A stretch of DNA of 38,934 bases from a virus. Lineage: Duplodnaviria > Caudoviricetes. Both the position numbers and the translations under genes were made by a program. A model generated the notes under the pieces. The model saw only the letters and a program-made list of their open reading frames with translations. It made no database searches and was not told the DNA's origin. The stretch covers positions 1-38,934 of the IMG/VR virus record IMGVR_UViG_3300007520_000038. The stretch is one strand, 5' to 3'. Every line of letters begins with the position of its first letter. The first letter of the stretch is position 1. This document shows positions 1 to 8,480 of the stretch, in pieces.

Positions 1-55
1 CACGGCATGTAATACGCTTGACAGCGTTTTCATCTCTACCTACTATTTTGACCAT
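1..55 (-). CDS. 5' part of a small protein running off the window (MVKIVGRDENAVKRITCR...)
   Basis: ATG at 55 with AGGAG SD at 63-67; frame open to the window edge. Confidence 0.45.
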   Translation of the reverse strand, partial: MVKIVGRDENAVKRITCR

Positions 56-65
56 GGGTAGTCTC

Positions 66-614
66 CTATGAACAGATAACGAGTAGCTGGTTAATCGTGT
101 TTTGATACGCGCGGGCGTACTCATCGTCGCATACGTCGCGGTTTATTATGAGATTGTTTATCAAACTGTTGAGTAGATACTGAACGTCTCGTTCCGCAAA
201 TAGCCGTTCACCGGTATCTCCGGGGGTCGACCAGTGCTCAGAATACTCATAGCCTGGGTTTCCTCGCAGGAAGGCGAGTTCGCCCTCAGTAAGGTTCTTA
301 CGCTTTTCCCTATAAGCAGCTACTGGCATTTGAAATACATACTCGTGACTGACAGTCCGTCGCGTAGCATACGCTTCCTCATCAGAGAGGTGAATGAGCT
401 CTTTGAACCCCATAGCTTGAGCAATAGGACCTTCGCGTTTCGTATTGCGAGAAGCACGAGTGCAGCGCTCGATCTGCTCTTCTTCACCGGCACAGTAGTC
501 ATCCTCAGGACAATCCTCCTGGAAAAGATACTTACCGAAATCAGTCTCATAATAATCGCGAGCGGTCTCTACGATATCAGATCCCCAACGTTGGATTGCC
601 TCTTGCTTATTCAT
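66..614 (-). CDS. hypothetical protein
   Basis: ORF 66..743; likely start is ATG 614 (MNKQEAIQ) after a GAGGAG SD, overlapping the upstream stop. Confidence 0.7.
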   Translation of the reverse strand: MNKQEAIQRWGSDIVETARDYYETDFGKYLFQEDCPEDDYCAGEEEQIERCTRASRNTKREGPIAQAMGFKELIHLSDEEAYATRRTVSHEYVFQMPVAAYREKRKNLTEGELAFLRGNPGYEYSEHWSTPGDTGERLFAERDVQYLLNSLINNLIINRDVCDDEYARAYQNTINQLLVICS

Positions 615-789
615 CGTCAAACATCTCCTCACATTGGTCATAATCATGTATTCCGTCAAGATACCCCCGGGACCATTCATTTGCGAGGGCCTCAGTATTG
701 TACGGGTTCTTTGCAGCGATATTTCTATCAAAACACGTGGCATTAAACCCAGTATTATACGCGGATACTTCCGGCCAATTATGATCCAT
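607..789 (-). CDS. small protein, possibly Rmf/CrpP-like fold
   Basis: AYNTGFNA...NPY...EWSRGYLDG resembles the GY-x-AG...PY...W-x-x-G[WY] pattern; start ATG 789 after AAAGGA. Confidence 0.45.
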   Translation of the reverse strand: MDHNWPEVSAYNTGFNATCFDRNIAAKNPYNTEALANEWSRGYLDGIHDYDQCEEMFDDE

Positions 790-940
790 AATCGTCAATC
801 CTTTGTTGAACTTTGGTAAGGTTAGCATCTAACTGCGTGGCGGTCGAATAGTGTTTCAGTTCAAACGCCAAGACTATTGCGCGCTGAAGGTTGGGCACCA
901 CCTTTAGATCTAATTGATGTTCCGCTTCCGTTCTTTTCAT
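779..940 (-). CDS. hypothetical 53-aa protein (MKRTEAEHQLDL...), below the ORF-track cutoff
   Basis: Translated by hand; fills the gap between the early promoter and the next gene; no SD, ATG about 7 nt after the -10 box. Confidence 0.5.
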   Translation of the reverse strand: MKRTEAEHQLDLKVVPNLQRAIVLAFELKHYSTATQLDANLTKVQQRIDDYGS

Positions 941-946
941 AGTCAT

Positions 947-975
947 GTTATAGACTACTTCAACATAAAGAGCAA
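947..975 (-). promoter_or_regulatory. early sigma70-type promoter TTGCTC-N17-TATAAC
   Basis: Exact 17-bp spacer; same family as four other promoters in the window. Confidence 0.7.
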
Positions 976-979
976 CTGC

Positions 980-1318
980 TTATGATAAATTCTGCAGTTT
1001 AATTGTTTTTGTGTTAGATGGGTAAAACGATCTACGTAAGATCCGGAATGCATTCTCTACATCTCGCGTCATACCAGCGAGTACGATGAAATCGTATGAT
1101 TTACCCGTACACGTTTGCTTGAGTGATTCTACTGTGGCGTTACGTGTTATAAACTCCGACTCCACCATGTCTTCGTCGAAGTGGAGAACTGTCTTATGAC
1201 GTCCGCGTAGTTTATCTACTACCGCTTGCGCAATAAACGTTTTCCCGATATTTCGTCCAAGTCCATCGGCATCAATCTCGGGTGTAATTAAAATATATTC
1301 TGTCATGTTATCCTTCAA
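980..1318 (-). CDS. hypothetical protein with a degenerate P-loop-like segment
   Basis: GRNIGKT followed by hydrophobic strands and YDFIVL; tightly packed in the operon. Confidence 0.6.
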   Translation of the reverse strand: MKDNMTEYILITPEIDADGLGRNIGKTFIAQAVVDKLRGRHKTVLHFDEDMVESEFITRNATVESLKQTCTGKSYDFIVLAGMTRDVENAFRILRRSFYPSNTKTIKLQNLS

Positions 1319-1502
1319 TACTAATAAAATCCCGCGCAGATATCCAGGCGCGTACTGGGTCAGTTCTAAGCCTACTTAAGCGGCGGCCTGAGGAAGAGCA
1401 GATAACACAAAACATCGACCCGACTATTTCCAGTCGAGCATCAGGATATCTTTCTTGTACTACTGCTATGCTGCGTAGTCTGAGCGGTCCTGTAGTATCC
1501 AT
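1308..1502 (-). CDS. hypothetical protein
   Basis: TAATG overlap with the upstream gene. Confidence 0.6.
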   Translation of the reverse strand: MDTTGPLRLRSIAVVQERYPDARLEIVGSMFCVICSSSGRRLSRLRTDPVRAWISARDFISIEG

Positions 1503-1765
1503 TAGTCTACGCGCGTTTCGGCATCAGAAAGCATATAAATAAGCTCTTCGCGAATAGCCGCACGGCAATCTCTAATAACAGCAACTCGTCGTGTTATAGA
1601 ATTAAACCGAGCCTCAGACTGAATATCAGGCCGCGCCTCGGTGAGTTGGCCCCTGGAATTGGTACCCTCAACATGGTATGCAGTAGGATCTCCAGATCCT
1701 ACTTTTTCAAGAGCTGCTAACGCTGACTCAAGAACAGATCGTTTATTATCGGTATAAAATCCCAT
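1502..1765 (-). CDS. hypothetical protein
   Basis: AAGGA SD, ATG start, operon packing. Confidence 0.65.
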   Translation of the reverse strand: MGFYTDNKRSVLESALAALEKVGSGDPTAYHVEGTNSRGQLTEARPDIQSEARFNSITRRVAVIRDCRAAIREELIYMLSDAETRVD

Positions 1766-1796
1766 AATTTATTCCTTATATGTGGTTGAATAAGTA

Positions 1797-2576
1797 TTAG
1801 ACATTGATAACTTTCCATTCATATGGGGTCTTAACCTCACCGGGGTACCCGAGTGGATTAGCAACTAGATGAACACCGTTATCAGGATGAACAAATTCCA
1901 TTCGGTCGTGAGTATGTCCGAAAGCCCACAGGTCAATCTTATCTGCGTACTCTTCCATAATACTGTCACATGAGGTCGCGAAATACGGATTTAGCGCATC
2001 ACCTGCGTATGAACCCCGTTTACACGCTTCGACAGTTGGCATAAAGTGTGTAAACACAATGTTGTGATCAGCCGTTGACTCACGTAGAGCATCGTTAATG
2101 CTTATTTTTTCCTGTTTACAAATCTGACGCATCAGATCGAGATTCATTTTATGATTACCGTATTTAATCAATCTGAAATCAGCGAGCTGGTTTTCAATTA
2201 CGGTTGGTGAAGTATCATAACCATCAAGATGCCCAGTAGTCCACAATGTGGATCCAATGAACTTATATGTCTTACCCTCAAATTCATAATCGTACGAATC
2301 GCCTCCAAGAAGGAGTTTTACGTTTTCGTAGTCTTTCCCGATAAACATATATCGTAAATCTTGATATGCATGTCCGTAGTATTCGTGGTTGCCGAAGGTT
2401 GTGAATACCGGCTTTTTAAACCACATTTGCAGTTTGGCAATACCTTCTGTCCACGTACCTATATCTCCCACAGCTAAGACAACATCATACGTATCATGGT
2501 CTGGAAGATTACGCTCCAGCCATTGAATGTTACGATAGAATTCAGTATGCAAATCCGAGCAGGTTAGTATTCTCAC
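1797..2576 (-). CDS. calcineurin-like metallophosphoesterase
   Basis: SDLH, VGDI, GNHEYY, THF and FGHTH motifs; probable GTG start at 2576 after GAGGT. Confidence 0.9.
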   Translation of the reverse strand: MRILTCSDLHTEFYRNIQWLERNLPDHDTYDVVLAVGDIGTWTEGIAKLQMWFKKPVFTTFGNHEYYGHAYQDLRYMFIGKDYENVKLLLGGDSYDYEFEGKTYKFIGSTLWTTGHLDGYDTSPTVIENQLADFRLIKYGNHKMNLDLMRQICKQEKISINDALRESTADHNIVFTHFMPTVEACKRGSYAGDALNPYFATSCDSIMEEYADKIDLWAFGHTHDRMEFVHPDNGVHLVANPLGYPGEVKTPYEWKVINV

Positions 2577-2582
2577 TAAATA
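2576..2582 (+). promoter_or_regulatory. late-promoter-like CTAAATA for the antisense endonuclease
   Basis: TAAATA core about 19 nt upstream of ATG 2601. Confidence 0.5.
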
Positions 2583-2600
2583 CCTCATAAGGAAAAAGAA

Positions 2601-3254
2601 ATGGAAAAATGTTTTATTTATGTTGCGCGTAATTATCTTAACGAGAAAGTATATATTGGTTATTCTAGCGGATCATTAAAACAACGAATGTATCAACATA
2701 AATATTATGCGTTTACGCAAAATGCAAAAACTAAATTTGCTAAAGCGTTACGTAAACACGGTTGGGAAAACTTTACTTGGGAGATTATATATGAGTCTTG
2801 GGATAGAGTTCACTGTTTAGAAATAATTGAAGATCAATTCATAGCACAATACGGTTCCCTTAATTCAGGATACAACTCAATGCAAGGTGGATTTCGTGGA
2901 CCTATATTAAAAGGTGTAGCTAACGGAATGTTTGGTAAGACTCATACAGAAGAAGTTAAACGAGCACAAGGCGAACGAGCTAAGCTACACTTTACTGGTA
3001 AAACCTACGAAGAACTCTACGGAAGTACAAAGGCTCAAGCGCTTCGTAAACATAGGAGTGAAACTTCTAAAGGAGTTAATCATAAAGGTGTAAATAATCC
3101 ACATTTCAAACCCGAAATAATTAATATCAAACACACATTAGGACAAACATTTTCAGGTAACCGTTCTCAAATCAAAGACGTATGTCATATTCCAAAACCA
3201 TATATTGTTCGCATAATGAACAACAAACCATATAAGGGGTGGTCTTTAGCCTAG
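2601..3254 (+). CDS. free-standing GIY-YIG (Seg-like) homing endonuclease with NUMOD3 motif
   Basis: FIYVARNYLNEKVYIG, conserved R (LKQRM), GYN, NGMFGKTHTEEVK. Confidence 0.88.
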   Translation: MEKCFIYVARNYLNEKVYIGYSSGSLKQRMYQHKYYAFTQNAKTKFAKALRKHGWENFTWEIIYESWDRVHCLEIIEDQFIAQYGSLNSGYNSMQGGFRGPILKGVANGMFGKTHTEEVKRAQGERAKLHFTGKTYEELYGSTKAQALRKHRSETSKGVNHKGVNNPHFKPEIINIKHTLGQTFSGNRSQIKDVCHIPKPYIVRIMNNKPYKGWSLA

Positions 3255-3451
3255 AAGTCATATTCAATCGATAAGTAATACTCCGCGAACTTATGTTTGG
3301 GTTCTCGTGGATCATTTTTTAACAGATTCAGAATATCGAGAATATCCTTAGCATCATCCGGATCGAAGTATGCCTCGTCGCCATACTTCCCCTCAAACTG
3401 AAGATAATTTCTCAGTGATGTTTTAAGTTTCTCTAGGTTTGTGGTGATCAT
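3251..3451 (-). CDS. hypothetical protein
   Basis: ORF; stop overlaps the endonuclease stop (CTAG). Confidence 0.6.
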   Translation of the reverse strand: MITTNLEKLKTSLRNYLQFEGKYGDEAYFDPDDAKDILDILNLLKNDPREPKHKFAEYYLSIEYDF

Positions 3452-3637
3452 CGTTCTTGTACCTTTTAAGCGTTTTAAGCCGCTCTTGTATTTGGTTAAG
3501 GGTTACAGGACTAAAGTCCCAGCAATCAACTCCGACGTCGAGGCTTTGATCTGTACCTGGGAGTGATCCGTGGCTATGGCCATACAGCATTATAGCGCCA
3601 TAATGTGATCTATTCCACACTCGCATAGCATAATGTG
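3423..3637 (-). pseudogene. C-terminal remnant of a second metallophosphoesterase
   Basis: HYAMRVWNRSHYGAIMLYGHSHG...DVGVD present; N-terminal DxH/GD/GNH motifs absent; no good start. Confidence 0.65.
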
Positions 3638-3750
3638 TTGAGTTCAGCTGCAACTCGTGTAGCTGTATCCTCATCCTGGTATGCTGCGACGTTATGGCTG
3701 AATGAACCTTCAAAGGAACTATACTGCCCTATAACCATATAAATTTTCAT
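3610..3750 (-). CDS. 46-aa ORF (MKIYMVIGQYSSFEG...), probably truncated by a deletion
   Basis: TAATG-coupled start; runs out of frame into the phosphoesterase remnant. Confidence 0.45.
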   Translation of the reverse strand: MKIYMVIGQYSSFEGSFSHNVAAYQDEDTATRVAAELNTLCYASVE

Positions 3751-4016
3751 TACACATCTACCTTATAAGAGGATATATCGTCTTCGGATATATTATATGC
3801 AACCCGGAGGCTTTCAAAAATTGAGTTGGCTACTGGTTCAGAATGACCAGCAATACACGCGCACTCGAGTACAACGTCCACATCAGAGAGATAGGCCTCG
3901 ACACGCTTCCGGGTGTCCTTGGCCAGGATCTGACGAACAGGGGTACCATCCTTTTTGTGGTAGGTGGAGCTGTTATGAGAGCCGTCGTTGTGCTTGCGAT
4001 AATCGGCGTGGCGCAT
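3750..4016 (-). CDS. hypothetical early protein
   Basis: GGAG SD; directly downstream of an early promoter. Confidence 0.65.
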   Translation of the reverse strand: MRHADYRKHNDGSHNSSTYHKKDGTPVRQILAKDTRKRVEAYLSDVDVVLECACIAGHSEPVANSIFESLRVAYNISEDDISSYKVDV

Positions 4017-4042
4017 AATTCGTCTCCATCATTTGATAGCTA

Positions 4043-4071
4043 CTTATAGCCTACTTCGTAAGCGTTTGCAA
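4043..4071 (-). promoter_or_regulatory. early promoter TTGCAA-N17-TATAAG
   Basis: 17-bp spacer; GTAGGC before the -10 box, similar to sister promoters. Confidence 0.7.
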
Positions 4072-4191
4072 CTTCTTTTTATCGCGTTTAGCTTTATCTC
4101 GTTTAATCAGTTTACGTAAATAAACGATTTCCTCAACAGTTAAATTCTGCTTATTATGTAGAGTGCCTTCAATTCCGTGATATGGTGCCAT
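4051..4191 (-). CDS. 46-aa basic hypothetical protein (MAPYHGIEG...)
   Basis: Translated by hand; AAAGGA SD; fills an intergenic gap. Confidence 0.45.
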   Translation of the reverse strand: MAPYHGIEGTLHNKQNLTVEEIVYLRKLIKRDKAKRDKKKLQTLTK

Positions 4192-4192
4192 T

Positions 4193-4378
4193 TTAAAAAT
4201 CCTTTACTGTCATATCTTTCCAAGTGTATTTGGGTTCACCTACTCGTGGATATGGTTTCGACATCATCCACTCCTCTTGTCCACAATCACATATACGGAC
4301 GTAACCATCACGAATATATGCAAATTTATGTCTATGTATTAACTCGCGGAGTGCCTTAAAAATATTACGCAGTTTCAT
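4193..4378 (-). CDS. small protein with H...CxC motif
   Basis: HRHKF...RICDCGQEEW; GAGGA SD before ATG 4378. Confidence 0.55.
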   Translation of the reverse strand: MKLRNIFKALRELIHRHKFAYIRDGYVRICDCGQEEWMMSKPYPRVGEPKYTWKDMTVKDF

Positions 4379-5027
4379 GACCAATATCCTCAAGGTATTT
4401 CAAAAATTCAATGAACCACGGCTTGATGGGTTCTTTAAAAACTTGCAAAATTCCGTCTGCTGGGGATATTATAATGACTACTTGCTTCGGAATCAAGTCA
4501 ATTCGCCGAGTTCTTTCGGCGAACATATAACCATAACCAGAAGTTTGATAGAAGTAGCTGTGAATCCATTCTTTACGTTTCTCGTTATTTGCTTGTTTAA
4601 AATCAATTACAGAGTTAACTCCATCAAACTGTCCAATAACATCACAACGTCCAGCAATTTTTAGCTGGTCAGAATAGAGTGGAGTTTCTAATGCGTACAC
4701 ATCTCCGAACCGAGTGTCGATGCACTCCTGTACAGATTTGAATCTTCGTTTTAATTCTAAGTTATGTCCAAACTCTATCGGTTGTCCTAGAATGTGTTGT
4801 TCTGCAAGATTATGGAGCGCGGTTCCAAACTGCCCGGCTTTGTTTTTAATACGATCCGCTTCTACAACACCTACAGCGTCAATCCATTTCTGGAGACCTT
4901 CTTTTCCATATTCAGCTAGGACTGTGGTCATACTTAAATATGAATTGCCCTCTGGAGTCACATATCGTCGTTTGCCGTCTATATTCGTTGACACCATGTC
5001 TGATTTATATTGTATGTTTAGTTTCAT
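4365..5027 (-). CDS. PD-(D/E)XK (Cas4-like) exonuclease of T4-like phages
   Basis: R-x-YVTPEG, SMTTVL, GTALH, AGRCD, IDFK and QTSGY motifs; start ATG 5027 after GAGGT. Confidence 0.88.
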   Translation of the reverse strand: MKLNIQYKSDMVSTNIDGKRRYVTPEGNSYLSMTTVLAEYGKEGLQKWIDAVGVVEADRIKNKAGQFGTALHNLAEQHILGQPIEFGHNLELKRRFKSVQECIDTRFGDVYALETPLYSDQLKIAGRCDVIGQFDGVNSVIDFKQANNEKRKEWIHSYFYQTSGYGYMFAERTRRIDLIPKQVVIIISPADGILQVFKEPIKPWFIEFLKYLEDIGHETA

Positions 5028-5035
5028 AATAACCT

Positions 5036-5098
5036 CTAAATAGTACTGATCGCGGTGTTGACGCACCCACCAGTCCTAACCCGTAGAGGAGGCTTAGC
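5036..5098 (+). promoter_or_regulatory. late promoter CTAAATA plus a structured 5' leader of the endonuclease
   Basis: CTAAATA at 5036-5042; nested stems ACTG/CAGT, GGTGT/GCACC, and CTAA/TTAG around the GAGGAGG SD. Confidence 0.45.
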
Positions 5099-5818
5099 AT
5101 GAATATTTATGGACAAACACCATACACATACTTACTTTACTGTATACCGTTAGATAAAATATATTATGGTGTCCGTGTAGGTAATCGGGTTTCGCCAAAA
5201 GAAGATCTTTGGCATGTATATTTTTCTAGTTCTACGCGGATCAAAAAGTTGAGAATCCAATTTGGTGATGCTGCCTTTGTTGCTAGTGTACGTAAAACAT
5301 TTAATTCACGCGAACGTGCGTTTATATGGGAAGAAAAGGTACTCGAGAAACTATTTTCCAAGCACCGAAGTAAATTAATTAATGTTAAAATAACAAGCTC
5401 TAGTTTTTGTAATAATCCTGGGTATACGCAGAGTGTTGATCATATACGTAAACGCGCTGACGGTCTTCGTAAACGTTGGGATGATCCGGATTTTAGAAAA
5501 GCACAGTTAGCACTAATTAGACAACCGGAGCGACAGGCTAAGGTAATTCAAGCCGTTAAAGACCGGTGGAAAGACCCTAAACGTCGCGAAGCTCTTACTG
5601 AACGAAACAACAAGCGTTGGGCAAATGCGCAAGAAAAAGAACGACATATAATGTTAAAATCGAAAACCTATAGAATTATTCTTCCGACTGGCGAAGAGCG
5701 TATAATACGCAACTTAACAAAGTTTGCAAAAGACAATTCTATAGGTTTAGGGTCATTACAAAAAGCTAAACGCTTAAATACGTGTGTTGCTGGATATTAT
5801 GTTAGTTTGCTTATATAA
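5099..5818 (+). CDS. free-standing Seg-like (GIY-YIG variant) homing endonuclease
   Basis: PYTYLL...KIYYGVR...YFSSS, WEEKVL; basic helical K/R-R-W repeats in the C-terminal half. Confidence 0.8.
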   Translation: MNIYGQTPYTYLLYCIPLDKIYYGVRVGNRVSPKEDLWHVYFSSSTRIKKLRIQFGDAAFVASVRKTFNSRERAFIWEEKVLEKLFSKHRSKLINVKITSSSFCNNPGYTQSVDHIRKRADGLRKRWDDPDFRKAQLALIRQPERQAKVIQAVKDRWKDPKRREALTERNNKRWANAQEKERHIMLKSKTYRIILPTGEERIIRNLTKFAKDNSIGLGSLQKAKRLNTCVAGYYVSLLI

Positions 5819-7634
5819 GCCTCAATAGCGAAGTATTATTCTGAGATTCGTATTTGATCGAAGCCTCTATCCATGATTTTACGAATCCTGACCGAACAAT
5901 ATCTTCAAGTCTAAACTCGATTGAGGAAATATCCTCCATTAATTTGATTATTTCATAGAATGTTCTATGACCTGATCGTTCATCTTCAAATTTTAGATCT
6001 GTTTGCCGGAGATCTCCACAGAAGATAATGCGGGTGTTTTCACCGACTCGTGTACATAATGTGTTTAGTTCGTTCCAACCCATTGATTGACATTCATCTA
6101 CAATAATAACGGTATCGTCGTAGGTAGTGCCGCGTTCAAAAGACGTTGAGTTAAATTCGATAATACCGTTTCGCGTTTGTATGTCATATGCATCGCCCCG
6201 ATCATATAAGTCGGCACAAATTGCCTTATATGGGGCTTCAAATACTGCCATTTTTTCTTGTTCATTGCCTGGTAGAAATCCAATAGATCTCGAGGCAACT
6301 GCACTTCTAAAGATAGCGACTTTTTTATACTCGCCGCGAGATACTGCTTTAAGTGCTAGATACATTGAAAGATAAGTATTATGTGTAACAATCCAATTAT
6401 CTGTTATATAGAGATGTTCAGGGTGATCAACAGAAATACATTGAGCCTCCTTTACTCCTATAAACTCTATTTGCTTAATTGCAAGATTTAAAAATTCAGA
6501 GTATTGGTTCTTATACTTGCAGCGAGCTTTTTTTCGAGAAAGAAAAAATAAATCTGACGGTACTTTAACTCGTATACGACAAGTATAATTAGGTGCACCG
6601 ATTTTCTTAACACCATTATAGGTATAACTTGTATCATCTCTATATTTAATTGAACATATACCCCCTAGACTACGAATAATATCTGTAAAATCATTTGCTA
6701 ATTGTTTACTTGTTGTCGTAAACGAAGCTCCGCCTGTTTTTTCCGCACATCCATCACTATCCATTAATCCTCTGATTAATTCTAATTTTTGCGTAATAGA
6801 GGCTTGTTTATAAATATCTGGTATAAATTTAGAATAACTTGTACAATTTAAATTTAAATCTGATATAATTCGCCTATATTTATTTAAATATTGTCCCTCT
6901 ATTCGTGCACCCTGAAGAACTAATTCCGATACTATACCATAGCTTACTCCATCACTTTTAGGAGTAAGTTTATACCCGTCTACACTGATAAGCTGTCCTA
7001 CCCGGGTTATTATTTCTTCATCAATAGAGGAAAAGGAAGGTTGAGTTGTGAGGGAACCATCTCCAATTAAAATACCTAGTAACCATGGATCTAGAGGCAA
7101 ATCAATATCCGGGGTTTCAATCGGTATGGGTAATTGTATTTTTAGCGGATGTATTCCTTTAAACTCCATTATCTCCTTAAGGGATAAAACTCTCCACATA
7201 TCATCTCTAGATTTATCTTTTATATAATCCTTTTGCGGCTTTCGACCCCAGGAATAGTTATACACCCGCCAAAGGTGTTCATCACAACATTCTGTAGAAC
7301 GCCCGTCTGAGAAAGTTATTTTGTAGATTGCTTTTTTACCTTGCGGAAATATCCCGTTTATTAGACTGATAGTTCCATCTGGCATTGATAACTGTTGCCC
7401 TAAGACAACATCACCCATTTTTATCCACCCAGTTGGCGTTTTAATAAGACTGTCTAACGGCTGTGCCTTGCCTGTACCTGCGAAGCCGTGTAAGTTAAGA
7501 TGTTGACCGAGGGCGAATTGTGCAAATACAATATCTTGTGTATCAGTTAATCCTTCAATTTTTTTGAGTACTAATGCACTCTTAATATTACCTGCTTGGT
7601 CTCTTTTCGAGCGTCGGGTTGAAGCTGCGGCCAT
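5811..7634 (-). CDS. phoH: PhoH-family ATPase containing an intein
   Basis: Exteins GFAGTGK|TYL, RSAV...IGFLPG...EK, SFERGTT, IVDECQ, TRVGENT, GDLRQTDL, IVRSGFV. Confidence 0.92.
   Translation of the reverse strand: MAAASTRRSKRDQAGNIKSALVLKKIEGLTDTQDIVFAQFALGQHLNLHGFAGTGKAQPLDSLIKTPTGWIKMGDVVLGQQLSMPDGTISLINGIFPQGKKAIYKITFSDGRSTECCDEHLWRVYNYSWGRKPQKDYIKDKSRDDMWRVLSLKEIMEFKGIHPLKIQLPIPIETPDIDLPLDPWLLGILIGDGSLTTQPSFSSIDEEIITRVGQLISVDGYKLTPKSDGVSYGIVSELVLQGARIEGQYLNKYRRIISDLNLNCTSYSKFIPDIYKQASITQKLELIRGLMDSDGCAEKTGGASFTTTSKQLANDFTDIIRSLGGICSIKYRDDTSYTYNGVKKIGAPNYTCRIRVKVPSDLFFLSRKKARCKYKNQYSEFLNLAIKQIEFIGVKEAQCISVDHPEHLYITDNWIVTHNTYLSMYLALKAVSRGEYKKVAIFRSAVASRSIGFLPGNEQEKMAVFEAPYKAICADLYDRGDAYDIQTRNGIIEFNSTSFERGTTYDDTVIIVDECQSMGWNELNTLCTRVGENTRIIFCGDLRQTDLKFEDERSGHRTFYEIIKLMEDISSIEFRLEDIVRSGFVKSWIEASIKYESQNNTSLLRLI
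6378..7466 (-). mobile_element. class-3 intein (363 aa, Ala1, WCT triplet) with LAGLIDADG endonuclease
   Basis: AQPLDS start; block B CCDEHLW; block F AQCISV; block G IVTHN/T; LLGILIGDG and LIRGLMDSDG. Confidence 0.9.
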
Positions 7635-7687
7635 GTATAATCCTTTTTGTTAAAGTAAGAATCATAACAAAAAGTCATCAGTGGTTA

Positions 7688-7924
7688 TCATTTTGTATTA
7701 ATGGTGTTACCTTGGCCGGAGCCTCTTTTAATTCCTTTCAACAGATCGTTAAACCCGTTTGAAATCCTAAGTGAACCGACACCAGAAACAAGTGCTGGAG
7801 CCGATCTAATTATTGTCATAAATTCAGGATGCGCAACAAGAAATTCTTCAAGCTTCGAATAGCTTGTGAAGAACTCATCATGCTCCACTTCATTTGTTTT
7901 ATTCTGCAAGGTATATGTTGGGAT
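7688..7924 (-). CDS. conserved small T4-like protein (FmdB-like MPTY N-terminus)
   Basis: (I)PTYTLQNKTNEVEHDEFF...LEEFL...APALVSG; SD AAGGA sits in front of an in-frame ATC at 7924. Confidence 0.65.
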   Translation of the reverse strand: MPTYTLQNKTNEVEHDEFFTSYSKLEEFLVAHPEFMTIIRSAPALVSGVGSLRISNGFNDLLKGIKRGSGQGNTINTK

Positions 7925-8048
7925 TTTCGGTATCCTTTATAATTTCACGCTTATGTTTTTGTTCACGACTATGCTTCGCCTGCTCACGCTCACGCTTGAC
8001 GTTGTGAAACCTGTCGTCTTTATCGAATTTTCGGAATGTTTTACCCAT
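7899..8048 (-). CDS. small basic hypothetical protein (MGKTFRKF...)
   Basis: ATG 8048 just after the upstream stop. Confidence 0.55.
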   Translation of the reverse strand: MGKTFRKFDKDDRFHNVKREREQAKHSREQKHKREIIKDTENPNIYLAE

Positions 8049-8052
8049 TGTC

Positions 8053-8469
8053 TCAATCAAAAATAGTAGGAAATACTTCACGAACGTCTTCTATGCTAAA
8101 CGTCGTATAAGGCCAAACTTTATTTTTCATGTTTAAAACAAGCGCGGCATCATGTGGATGTATATATTCCAACATCGCAATAAAAAGTGCTTGTCGTTTA
8201 TTCGTTGGGAGGTGATCATACCCACCACCGTTTACAAAAATCTTCAAACGCCTAATTTCCGCCCACAATGAGTTATGGGTGTTTATATCGTTATGTGATG
8301 TAAAGGGTGGATCGTCACTAGGTAAATTCGTAGTCACTGCAGGATTAATCCAATAGTATAATATTTGTTGAATAGAATCCGGGACTGTTTTGAGAGAAGC
8401 TTGTCTATCAAAGGTGTTTGTAATCGAGTCGAGTGCATTAAATATTTCATACACGGCAAATTTTGACAT
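8053..8469 (-). CDS. conserved T4-like hypothetical protein
   Basis: LP-x-x-DPPF, LWAEIRRLKIFV, KRQALFIAMLEYIHPHDA pattern typical of the gene following rnh. Confidence 0.8.
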   Translation of the reverse strand: MSKFAVYEIFNALDSITNTFDRQASLKTVPDSIQQILYYWINPAVTTNLPSDDPPFTSHNDINTHNSLWAEIRRLKIFVNGGGYDHLPTNKRQALFIAMLEYIHPHDAALVLNMKNKVWPYTTFSIEDVREVFPTIFD

Positions 8470-8480
8470 TTATGGTCTCA

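Noticed and set aside
4365-5027. Cas4 indicating a CRISPR system
   Set aside because: No Fe-S cysteine cluster pattern and no array; it matches the common T4-like phage exonuclease.
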